Shown here piece after piece: positions 14,386 through 26,600 of a stretch of DNA of 64,000 bases. The first letter of the stretch is position 1, and each line of letters begins with the position of its first letter. The stretch covers positions 1-64,000 of the forward strand of contig JYFJ02001286.1 in assembly GCA_000934665.2 (NCBI GenBank), in the 5' to 3' direction. The notes beneath the pieces are model-generated. The model was not told the DNA's origin. It saw nothing but the letters and a program-made list of their open reading frames with translations, and made no database searches. This DNA comes from Catajapyx aquilonaris. Lineage: Eukaryota. The position numbers and the translations under genes are program-made.

Positions 14386-16644
14386 TTATGTGATTTGGCG
14401 AAGTGTAATTTGCATAACCAAATATGCTGTGTCAGGTCCGCATATTCTTCCTTCATATTCAGGATCTACCCGCTCGCTTCTGGCCTACATGAACACAGTA
14501 TATGTCAAACTACCTCGCTAAAGTCTCCTCGCCCCAATGAGTCATATTATTATTTACGGCGAACTCCGCCTATTATGTGCCAATAAGTCTCCCAGCCGCC
14601 ATCAAAATCGCAGGAGATAAAACCCGTTATAGTCCGGCCTTATCCTACCCCCTTCCTACCCCCATAGCTTTCCTTCTCCCCGCCCATCAGGTTCATTTTA
14701 ATCGTTGACGTTTAGTCCGCACTTTCTTGGAATATGGGGAAATTACTGCTCCTAATCTGTATCTGATCAATGTTTACTTTTCATGCGCGTGCTAGCATGT
14801 TAATGCGATGCCCTGTCGGGAGCTCAGCCTGGAATTTTATTACGGACTGCATGCGGTAGATAATGAGTTGAGGGCTGAATTCATCTGAGCAATTTGTCTA
14901 TATTTGCACTACAAGTGCATGTACTACATCCATGTGGACTAGGCCGGATCGAATCAAAATGCGGTGTTCTATTTCAAAGTAACGTATTCCTAGGGGCAGT
15001 CCGTTTGAAATACAAGAACCTGCTGCTTTGCATACAAGTATTTCCGTGAAGTAACTCGAGTACGTTTGACTGCCTGTTCAGGGTATTCTCATGCATCAAT
15101 CACCTTGTGCGCATAACTGCTCGTGGCTGACAGTAGACACTTATGAGAAACATGTGGCTTCTAGTTTTTTAATCAGGAAATGGGCTTTTACCAAGAAGGG
15201 CGGCTGCGGGGTTTTTTCCCCGAGGTTCCTTCAGGGTCTGAGTTGTGTACCCTGGACGACGCCTTCACCTGAAAGCCAGAACGATGTTCGATATTAAAGG
15301 AGACGGCGGGAGTGCTGGAGCTTTGGCGTAGAAAAAAAAATCTATCAAGTCCTGTCGAGAACGTGATTGATGAAAGGGCGTGCCCTTGGTTTATATATTT
15401 GTCAATATGCGCCTAAAAACCCACATATATGCACGAGCGCAAACTGTACAGTGAGTGGTGCTCTTGGTTTCTCATAATTACTCAAATGTCGGCACACAAA
15501 ATAAATGTTGACGACTCTAAATTCCGAGGCCTGTGATACACATGAAGAATGAAGCATCTGTCAGCCTCGCCCATTCATCAAGCAGGCTCACGGAGTGACA
15601 AATAACGCCTCTGATTGCCCTTCTACCCTTTTTTTCTCCCCATCTGTCTGAACCAATACAAGGTATGCCGGACCCTCGTGGGTTCATATCATTGAGGCTA
15701 TACATACTATATCGGTTTTCCATTTCCAATTCAACAATATTCTGGTGCCGGACATTATCATTTGACTCGCACATCCAGGGTGATGGTGGTGGTTCAAAGT
15801 TTGGCTTAGATCAATCCCATTTTCCCTCAAACTTGCGGTCTCATTAAAACCGCGGCCTGATTTATAAATGATTAGCCCCGAGCACGAGCCGCGTAGTTTC
15901 CTATCTAGGAAAGGAAAATGTGAGGGGAAGGCCTGGAAACATATAGCCCCATATCTGGTATTAACATCTGCAAAGGGGGCGGATGACTGCTCTCCATATG
16001 GGTAGTTAACTCTGGGGGCAGGCGTGGCCCCATGTCAGAAATCTTGAAAGTGGGTGTGGGGGATGAGCAGGATGTATCTTCAAATGCTTCAATGAATAAT
16101 GACACTTTTGATGGTAAAAAAATATGAAGGCCAAGTCTCGATCGTTATGATATTCAAGGGTACTTTGCCTTATAAGTGTAAGGGCACAAGAAGTGCTTTG
16201 TCAGGATAGGGTATGGTCTGAAGTGTTTTTGCCAAATTTAGCAAACCTGATTTACGATGTCATCCACTCAAGGATGCGTCCTAAAGAGTAGGCAACCCAA
16301 AAATTCTCTCAGACCCAAAGTTTTCCTACCCAACCATCTCTTGCAGCCAGCGCAATCAAAACGCCACGTGGAATTTAATAACGTTATTTCGCAGCACTTT
16401 AACGACTTGCAACAGCGCGCAATTTTGTGCAAATTAAACTAATTACACAGCACGATATTACGCCCCTCCAGCTTTCACTGCCCACATGGCATATCTTTTG
16501 TGCCTGCTGGTAATGTCCTAAACAAAAGGGCCAGCATTACCATGTACAATGCAATTTCCCCTAAGGAGAGCCCCTCGGCCCTTAGGAACAAAAGGTGGCA
16601 GGTGCTTCTAGTGTCCGACCATTTGAGCTGTTAAGTCGTGCCGG

Positions 16645-17265
16645 CTACCGGATTAGAAATTACGCCCCCAAACACTAGAATTACCCTTAAGGCATCAGGA
16701 AAAAAATGTACATAAAGAGGTTGAAGGTGAAGGATTTTATCGACAAAAGGTACATTGCTCCCGCACGTGTTCATGTACAGCCTGGCCACAAGTAGGTCGG
16801 GCAAAGCTAGGATCTGCGCTGATAATTGGACTTGACGAGGTAGATACCATTTCAAGCCTGCAAGGACTGAACCCCTCTAATTATCCTGGCCGTGAATCTG
16901 TATAAATGAGGCTGCCTGAGAGACGTCGCCTCTCCCAAGTCTTCGTCGAAACTAGACCGCGAATAGAAATCCTGGTAATCTGTCCAACAGCCCAAATTCT
17001 CTTTTAATTTCCAGACGTCGGAGAGAGACTTCGACAGCCATCGAAGGCATTTGCTTGAAACAGCACGTAGGATGGGGAGGGAAGCTTGTCTAAGCCTCAT
17101 TAGTTTGGAACTCCATGTCAAGAAAGAGGGGAGAAAACTAAAAGGATTTTGGTGTAGTGGTGCGCCTTTGTTACTTTCCGTAGGCTTATCAAAGATGGAG
17201 GAGTCCAAACTGCGCATTTGGATGACAGAAAATGGTCTCAAAGGAGGAATCAAACCTGGACTAAT
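16645..17265 (+). mobile_element. highly decayed RTE-like fragment just upstream of the Ig1 exon
   Basis: Remnant motifs GLEI..NT, SRSGKAR, YPGRES, HRRHLLETARRM and EGRK..GFW appear in RTE order. Confidence 0.35.
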
Positions 17266-17384
17266 CTGACGGGGGGGAAAAACCGATAGAGTTCAAATCA
17301 TCTGCATTATTTAACATCGGTCACTAATGGATATCCTTTTCTATTGCTGGACACACAATTTTCATTTCTTCCTTCTGTTTTCAG

Positions 17385-17693
17385 CCCAGTACCGGTCTCC
17401 CCGCATCACGGAGCACCCGTCGGACATTATCGTGCCCAAGAACGAGCCCGTCACCCTCAACTGCAAGGCGGAAGGAAAGCCCGAACCCACCATCGAGTGG
17501 TACAAAGATGGAGAGTTGGTACGAACATCCAGCTCTGACTCCAAGTCCCATCGAGTGGTTCTTCCCACCGGTTCCCTATTCTTCCTTCGAGTGGTTCACG
17601 GCAAAAAGGAACAAGATGGCGGTGTGTACTGGTGCGTGGCCAAGAACGACGTTGGGACAGCCAGAAGTAGGAACGCGACGCTCGAAGTGGCTG
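17385..17693 (+). CDS. robo1: robo exon: Ig1 (Slit-binding domain)
   Basis: Acceptor ttctgttttcag|ccc, donor ctg|gtgagt. Translates (x)[42 protein letters not shown]...[26 protein letters not shown]. Phase 1-1. Confidence 0.97.
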
Positions 17694-20628
17694 GTGAGTT
17701 TTTTGTCTATTTTTTGTGGGGTATGTCACTGCTGAAGGTACCCAATATGGTGGTCTCCCTGTAGCCCCCAACTCTTTTGCATGCGAACAGGAGGCCAAAA
17801 TACCCCTTCGGACTCGTGCATTTTCATGTGAAAGCGGACACAATGGCCCGGGCTCTCAGCCACAGATGGTGAGGCAATCACTCACCCTGGAGATGACAAT
17901 GGTTCCCCCAGCCTGACACCCAACCAATATAAAAATTATATTTCCAGCCTTGGGGAATTGAGCTCAGGCGTCATTATCCCGTCGCGTTTGGCTGACTTTT
18001 AATTCAAAGGAGTCATCTCCCGGGGTCGGGTATTTCACTTCTGCCTAACCCCCCCTGTCTGGTAACAATGCCGGGCCGGCTTTCCCAAATGCGCGGCATC
18101 AACAAGACCCATCGACCTCTAACGTCATTGGTATGGGGGAAAGACCAGGGGAGTATTATTACTATGCCCAGGAGCCATTTCATATCGATCCTAGCCATTC
18201 TCCCTCCCTACCCAGCTAATTAGTCAGATTCAGATTTTCCTAAATAAGTACACAAAACTTTTCAATAGTTCAAGTTGGAGAAAAAAATAAGTTTGCATGC
18301 GTGATGTTGTTCCCGAGTATTTGTATTGTAATGGGATTTGCGTGCATAGGCAATGCGATCAAAAAACCCATAAAATATTACAACGTGGAATTAAACCATC
18401 ATACAAATTGTCCCGGATTGAGCTGTTACACGATTTGTGAAATGATGAGGGGAAAAAAAAGAAGTTTGGACAAGAAACTGGCTTCTGCAAAAATAAAGAC
18501 ATAAATTTGTTTTTATCAGGACACACGAAACTTCAGAGCCTCGTTACTCCGTCCAAGCATGGATCCGCGATTATTAACGTGCGCAGAACCGGATTTCCCT
18601 GGTGCAAACGGGGCATAACTTTTGATCCTCTGACCCTCCCCAACATAGCAACTTCGTCAGCCCTTGGGCGACCATCGGGAACCCCCTGAGGTCATGCCCA
18701 ATTAGAGCAACCAGCACCACCCACCGGTCCTTTACAAGCCAGGCCATCACCTAGTGCAAGTCCTGTTTCTCTGACACCCTGTGGCCGATCCGGTTTTGTT
18801 TGGGCCAGTCCGCAAGATACATTCGCAACAATGCTGCTAATTGGCACAACTAATTGCGTTCGAGGGTCACCCAAATTTTTGACTAAAGTTAATCCGGGTA
18901 TGCCCCATGTTTTTGTTTGCACGCGCTCACAAATGTGTTGTATAATATGCGCGATTAATGATGTTAATGTTAATTGCCAGAATATTATTTCCACTGATTG
19001 AGTTATGTACGCAGCATAAATAGTGGGCAGCTTTCTGCTCAAACAGAAATCGATTATGTGATTTAGGGTCGGTCAAATTATATCACATGCACCATTACAT
19101 AGAAAGATGCTGCCAGTGGCCGAATGGGATCCAACGTTTGTCGGCATTGGGAAAATCCTTTGATGGTGAAACAGTGCTTCTGCTCACACATGCACACGCG
19201 CCCAACTCGCTCTCTTCTTTTGTGAATCGCAAACTCCATTAATCATACATTGCCGCTTTTGCCAAGATGGTTGCACATATACGTGGTGTGTGGGGCGGCT
19301 CAGATATCTAGCTTTGCACGCAACGCGTTTTTTGGGCGGTACCTCGACGTGGCGAGATGGGTACGAAGCACGCGTGACTAATTCACAGAATGCCAAATGA
19401 CAAGCGGCAATCATGTGGGGTAATGCTAGCTTAGTCTGATTTTTCAAGAAGTGTGTGGCCTTGGAATAGAGTTTTCTTTTTCTCACCCTGGTCCTATACT
19501 ACTACATGGATCGCTCCCTTCCTTTTGATACCGATACAAAAGATGGCCGCCGGTTGCTGGAGGGGAGAAAAACGTGTAATCCGTATCGGAGGAAACGTGA
19601 ATAGGGGGCTGGAAGAAAAAGGTCTCTTATCTACGGACCAGCATCCCCCAGCAAAAGTGTCAACTTTTGCTGGGAAATAAATGGTGAGAATCTAGCACTT
19701 AATTAATTCCGGTAAGTGTGAGAGAGAACTCTGGGGGCTTTTAGAAAATCGGTTCTGGCCTATAGGACTAGCCTCCCTTTTCCCCCTAGAGCCAAACCCC
19801 CCATAACTCATCTCCACAAATCTCCATGACGACCACCACAATTGATTAAATGCATGGTCATTTGCATGAGGGACATTCCTTCGTATGGGTGACAAAGTTC
19901 ATGGCTACCAATTCGGGAGCACTTTTTATCCCGACTCGATCGAGGGTGAAAGTTATATCCATGGATCAACCTTTGTGGCTAGAAGCGTCGAAATCTCTTT
20001 TCCACGTGGCTCTCCTGTTCGAAAAAAAAAGAAAAAAAAAGAAGAAAAAAGTGAAAACCCATTGGGGAGAAGCCGCTGAGAGGCTTTGCATGTCCGCCTG
20101 CCATTCTACTGAAACGGTTTCCATCCCCGGAAAAACTCGGTTCGGTTAAGGGAGACGACACTCCAGGTGAATAGATCTCTAGTAAGAAAAGGGAATCTGA
20201 TTTCCAGGACATATTCGGACACGCCTTGGAAACAACCCCCGAAAAAAACATAGTAATGGAGAGGAAGGCCTACCTGATGGATTGCCCTTCGTAGAAACAT
20301 TCCATATTGTGCTTATACACGTCAAAAAGGCGAGCTTAATGTGTTTTGGCCCAGAACCAAGTTCAATACTGAAATAGCTGAAGTGGGACTGCGGTGAGTT
20401 GAGGAACCGCAAAGTTTTAATGGATATTTCCTCTCCAGGGAATTTTTTTTTAAAGCCAGGATTTTACTTTTCAAGTTGAGCTCATTAGCATTTAATCGGA
20501 TTGTAACACTACGTATACTATACAGTGCTGTGATCAAAGCGCTTTGTAAGTGACGCGCACTCTGCAGCCCGCTCCAAAAATGAGTCAATAAGCATCAGGT
20601 AGCCAACACCCCTTCTCAGCATCCCATA

Positions 20629-20698
<70 letters not shown>

Positions 20699-23600
20699 AA
20701 CAACAATAATATCACGCCCTGTTCAGCCATTGTTAGGTATAGGCCAACCCTTCCCTATACTCACATATAGGTACCCCAAAAAATAAGCTCTATGTCAAAA
20801 CCCAGCGGGTAGCTGTGGGATGGTTGGGTGGTGGGGGTCCTCCCCCCCCCCCCCCCCCCCNCCCCGTCTAAAATATTAACGCCTAAAAGCACTCATTCAT
20901 CATAGGAAAGAAGAGATGCAGCGTATCCGCCACGAAAGTGACTAATGGCAGCCCCGTTTCCGGAGGGGTTAACCCTAACCAAACCCGGAGGATATCGGTT
21001 ATCTGCCCTCAGCCTGGATCATCCTTAGCTAAGATATAAAAAAATGGATGCCAAATGAGACATGATGGGCTATCGAATGTCGGCCCCTTTTGTCACCGAC
21101 ATTTTATTTCCAGGCGTCGAAGCGGCACTTTCACGCCCTATAAGGTGTATAAAATGACACGTCTTGTTTGGGATGAGAACAATATTTCCCTTGTGATTCA
21201 ACCAATGTGGCAACTCCCCTTTCCTTCCCTAAGCACCGGAAATGGAGGCTACCTCAAAAGCACAGAGACGTAATTTGCATTTTGAAGAGACGTAAATATT
21301 TGAAGGCTAGAGTGAGGGGTTCATGGTCTCCGGCTCTATACTTATGTATGAACTAAGCCAGACGCCTTTGGATGCATATCTGAACTGGCCCTTTTTTCCC
21401 TCCAGCTTTTGATTCGAGTGTGGTTCAGAATTAATGCTGGATCTGCTTTGATTCGAGTCATTAAAAGCCGCCTTTGTTGTACCGGCTGTGATTTACAACT
21501 AATATGGGACAGTAGTATGGCCTACCTGAACAATAATTTCATTATGAGTTGTTGTACTAGCTATGAACTATGCATGGCTGAAAATGCAATGATGGAGAGA
21601 AGCAGATAACCCACAAGGGTCGTTTATCGAGTCGACAATAAAATTGGCAACCAGAACGGCAAACAAACAAAAAAAAAATGGCCGAGGGTTCCTTTTGTAA
21701 TGTTGACATTGTCCCGAGTTGCCTGGTGACCGGGAATGCTGATCGTTAATGGCGCCCTCGGGTGACCAAGTAATGAAAGAAGAAGAAATCCAACAAACTG
21801 GTTTCAAATGGACGGTCTCACCTTCTTCTTCTTCTTCTTCTCCACCACCACCCCCAGCTCTAATTGCTTCGACCTTCTCCTAGCTCTTAATATTCCATCC
21901 ACATCTTTGGTCCGGCCATATCAAGACATTGTTGGGGGAATCCGACTTGACGAAAGACATTCGCTATAGGCGTGTGCTGTATTGTGCCGGGTCGTATATT
22001 TTATTCCTCCCTAACTTTCTACTTGCTCTTGGGTGGGTTCTCAGTTCAAAGAACTCATCCTTGTCCAGAAAACGACCAGATTTTAAAGAGGTCAGAGCTT
22101 GGTCGTTCGTTTTGTGAGGTTGTCCTGTCGTTGCACGTAGCGTTTGTATGGGTGGCGGTGGTGGGTTGGTTGGGTGGGGACTGATCCATTATTGATTCGT
22201 AGGCTTTGCAGTCATGATTTCACAATGGAGTCTTCCCCAGTCGACAAAAATGGGAGAATGTTTTATTTACTGGATCGAGACTGAGAGGAATGGTAATCTG
22301 GCATCGGTGAGTGGCACGCTCATTCTGACTTACTGATTCACGGTATTGTTGCTCAAACCTCTTTTTTCCCTTGGAAGCATATAATTTACCAAGATTGATT
22401 CTCCAAATAACCACGTCCAGCACGAAAGGTGGACTCGAGCAAAATGGCCACCACATTGTTGAAAGTCTGCTCGGAGTCATTGTTGCGTTAAATACCGGAT
22501 GCAATTTCCTTCCCGCAGCCTTAGTCAAGGAAAAGTATTTCCCCCAATTCCCAAGAAGCAGTGGAAGGGGATGGTGGGCTAAGCAAATTACACGGATGGT
22601 GGATGCGTGCAAGAGCCAGGGGGGATTCAGGACTTCGATTCCCTTCGGGTTCGATCGATTTGCTTTACCCAACATGTATGGAACAAGCTTGCCAAGGAAA
22701 ACACTGTACGAAACTACTGGCAGTATTTTTCAAACCAGCATTTGCACTAATGCCGAATGTCAACTGCTGTTATCCCCATGTCATTTCCCGCTATGCTGAC
22801 AGTCAAAGCGAGTAGTTTTGAGTATGTTTACAACCAATATTGCTATCGCGATTCTTACCTATACAAAAAAAAGGTCGGCGTGTTTACACAAGGTGTTAGC
22901 TTGGGAAACTCGCAGAGTCGCACAAAATGCCTATCGTTGTCGGCAAAAAAGAGCAGAGACAGACTAAAACACAGGGGGCGATTTTATGTAGGCTATTATG
23001 TCAGACAGATATTTGTGGCGCGCATTTTTTTGTGCTTTTTCTGATAATGGGATGTTAGACATTGACAGTAAGACAAAATAATGCAAGAGTCTATCGAGAA
23101 TATAGCCCCATCTCTTGCTTCCAAGCAACTGACCGTTCAAGTATCAAATTGAAAATGCATTATGTTTACTGTCCATGGAATGTATATTGAGTCACTCTAT
23201 TACGATAGGCCTACATTACACAAACATACAGATATTTGTGTGTTATTTATCGAATTAATATTTAGAGTAAACTAAAGACCATGTCAAGGACTACTGTAGC
23301 TTTCCAGCTACTGTTTTTTAATAATATTATGCAAAAAGAATGTTTGTTGTATCCTGGCGGTATGCAGCCATCAGCACTCTAGCAAGAGGACGGTGTGATT
23401 CTCGATAGCCGACTACTTGCTATAAAAGTGGTTGCATAATGCCAGGATATATTTGCCCAAAACTTGACACAAAGTATACCCACATCAAAATCGACCATCT
23501 TACACGGTAGGTTAGCTACATAAGAGTTACGGAGTAAATAGCCGCTGTGCTATTTCCGAGCCATAAGCAGCAGTTCCCCTTCATTCTTGGGAATTGGATT

Positions 23601-26600
23601 ATCGAACGGTTACAAGTCCCCCCTCTTCTCTGGGAGATGCGCAGATTTCTTTCCAAATCGCACCACCATCTTGAGACTTTTCAGAGCCGAAAATGTGTGA
23701 CGAAGGGCATCCATATATAGTGCAGCAGGGACTGATCCATGGGGGAGAAGATGTTGATGAACTGCAGAGACAGGGGAATCGAGCCGATTCCCTTTCCACG
23801 GTATCCATCTCGGGACCATCCATCTGGGTTATGGATTTCCGTTAGATTCGGGACATCCCTCCCAGCATCTCCAAAAAAAAACTTCTTTTTTTGAGGGAAA
23901 TCCGAAGAAGCACACCGGCTGCTACTTTCTTCAGAAGGAGACTTTTGGGAAAGGAACTTCTCTTGGGGGTTTTTCTACCAAGAGAAGTAAAGAGTGGTCA
24001 TCAGAGAGCTTGAAAAGTTGCGGGGTGGAAGTTTCTCACAGGAAGACATTATGAGGTGATCCATCTCGGTTTCGGTCGGTGCAATCAGGCGGAGCGTAAT
24101 TTGTGGTACCGATGTCTGGCCTAACTCACGCCCTGTTTTTTTGGAAGCCAAATTCTGCCAGAGTTTGGTTTTTTTTAACCCACTTAGTGCTTCGACAATA
24201 CTGACATGGCCTGACGGATGAGCCGTTGGTTGCAAGAGGAAAAAGTAGCCACACAACTACAGACATGTAGGTCATGTCAAGAAGATATATCGGTGGTTGA
24301 AAGCTCAGAAGTTGAAGGTACAACTTTACATTCCAGTATAGTTTGGCACTTGATTATCCAGTTGGCAATTTAGATTTCATAGTCCTGGTGCCCTGTACAG
24401 ACCTTCTATCCTTGTTGTCCTGTCAGTGGGACGTTTGATAGCCGACTTGTTCTGCAGTTTGGCCGAACCAAACTGTCCATAAATTACGTAACACTATTTT
24501 TGGTCATTTTGAATCTCCCCTTTCAGCATGTAACGAACCATAAATTGCCTCCTAAAATTACGAAACGTTGACAGGACAAATGACACGCGTCCTAAGATCG
24601 TTTCGAATGGTCATGCACGTGACGCATATTTTGCCAAATTGCCCTTTTAGAGCCTATGACAGGGGTACAAACTTTCCATTTCATCTGCAACTGGTTCGTG
24701 AGTCGCATATTTTATTTACACTGAATTTTCTTACCGGTACCTAGTGGAACTTGTCACATTTGAAAGGGTTGGCTTACAGTCACAGAATATCGCATGGGCC
24801 AGAATGTAACATTTTGCCAAAATTTGCCGTTTTGGACAGGCTCAAACGGAGCTGGGCACGTGATCGCTTGTTGATCTTGCCGGCTCCTAGAGGCGACTAT
24901 TAGCTTTCGGGGTCGACTTTCGGCAGCCATGAATTACAACTTGACTGCAGTTGAGCGCAAACGGGAGGAAAAGGGGCTCCTGTCAAACATGCAAATCCGG
25001 TGCGAAATTTTGGCCGAAACAACCCGGGCCCCACCGCGACGAACATCAAGTGAATGCAAATGCGAGGCAATCCGCCGCCGGTTTCAAATCCTGACATAGT
25101 TCCAGGTCATCTACATTAGGATGCGGAGAGGTCTTTGAGGTCGCTCTGGTGGGGAAATACGGGAAAGGCTAAAAGGACGCCGTTTGTCTGGGAAATGTCG
25201 CATGCGTGACATTTTGCCTGGCTCCCAACTTTGTCTCCTTCTCTCGGCGCCTCAGCCATTACTTTGACATTAGCAAAAAGGAGACATGTCGCGGGCTGTT
25301 ATGGATATCGGATTACGCGGGGGCCAGCTCTAATGTGTGCGTACGTGCTGAGTGTAGTGCGTGGGGAAATTCCACGCATGTAAGACCACCCACTTGCCAG
25401 GTTGTGTCGTTTATCATGCTTTACAAATCCCGTTTTCTTCCGGGGGCCAGATTTGTGCCAACAAAATTATCGAGTGAATTGACCCGCATATTGCCAGACT
25501 ATTTTTATGTGACCTCATCTGAAATAGCTCTGCATATTGAAGAGACCTCATTGCGTAAATGTATGCACAAGGCATTTCTTGTTATAACGGTACCTCTTAG
25601 CAGGGGGTGTTTATCCTATTTCAATTGGCACGTTATTCGATATCAAGTTATGAATAATACACAATATCGTTGGTGATTGACACCTTGAAATATGCGTATA
25701 TACTCCGATATATGTGAATGTGGCCAACTATCCGACACTTGTGACAAGTTGCCTCCGCATTCCCTCGTCCACCAGCATCATTACGAAGCCCATCCACATT
25801 GTTTATGCCCCTGTCAAGATGAGCAGATGTGATCGCAAGCAAAAATACTGGTAATCTGCGGTAGCCCCTGTGTATGATCATAAAATTTTAACAACAAATA
25901 CCGCCAGCGTGGCCAGGTTCACCCCCCTAAAAAAGAAAAAAAACACACCCACCCACCCAACATCAGTTCTCTAAACCAGTGTCGAGATTTATAGCCTGCG
26001 TGCACCCCGATAATGTCTACCATACTAAACGAGGAGGGTATGCCATTACCCTCTAGTGTAACTCCTCGTTCAAAACCTTAGAGGGTAGTTTATAAATCCC
26101 CGTTTATTGTAGATACTGTCGATCGATGTTTCATCAGCATCCGTGCATTTTTATGGCGCCCTAATATAAATTATAATCGGGCCTTGCTGGATGGTGTCTT
26201 TGTTGTCGAAGACACGCGCATGCCTCATTGCTCCTTCAGATTGCCCGATGACTCAGTCCGGGAGGCCAACAATGCATTTAGTCAAGCGAAAGAGGGACGG
26301 GGAAAAAAGTGCCTCCAGCAGATGATCAGGCCAGCACAAAAGGACTGGAAAAACCTCCCTACTGGCTATCCTAGATAGGCCTAAAGACGAAACTTTGCAG
26401 GTCGTCGATCCGAACTACGAAAAGGAAAAAAAGAAATTATTATGGAGTGACTTCATAATAGCTTGCAATTACGCGGCTATGATTATTATCGGCCACGGAG
26501 CATTACACAAAGCTGTCGGCACAAAGTGAATATTTCGCTAGAGTGTGTCCGTCACACGGCATTTTATATGACTTATTTTTTTCTTTTGATGACTCGGGTC

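Noticed and set aside
17327..17384. In-frame ATG giving [20 protein letters not shown] before Ig1, which looks like a signal peptide
   Set aside because: The F/L/S run is the translated polypyrimidine tract of a strong acceptor, so it is most likely intronic. The same applies to ORF-track N-termini at 51454, 53426, 57617 and 61523.
20840..20866. Long C run containing an N (also an N at 8128 in a G run)
   Set aside because: This is an assembly/sequencing uncertainty at homopolymers, so the lengths are unreliable.
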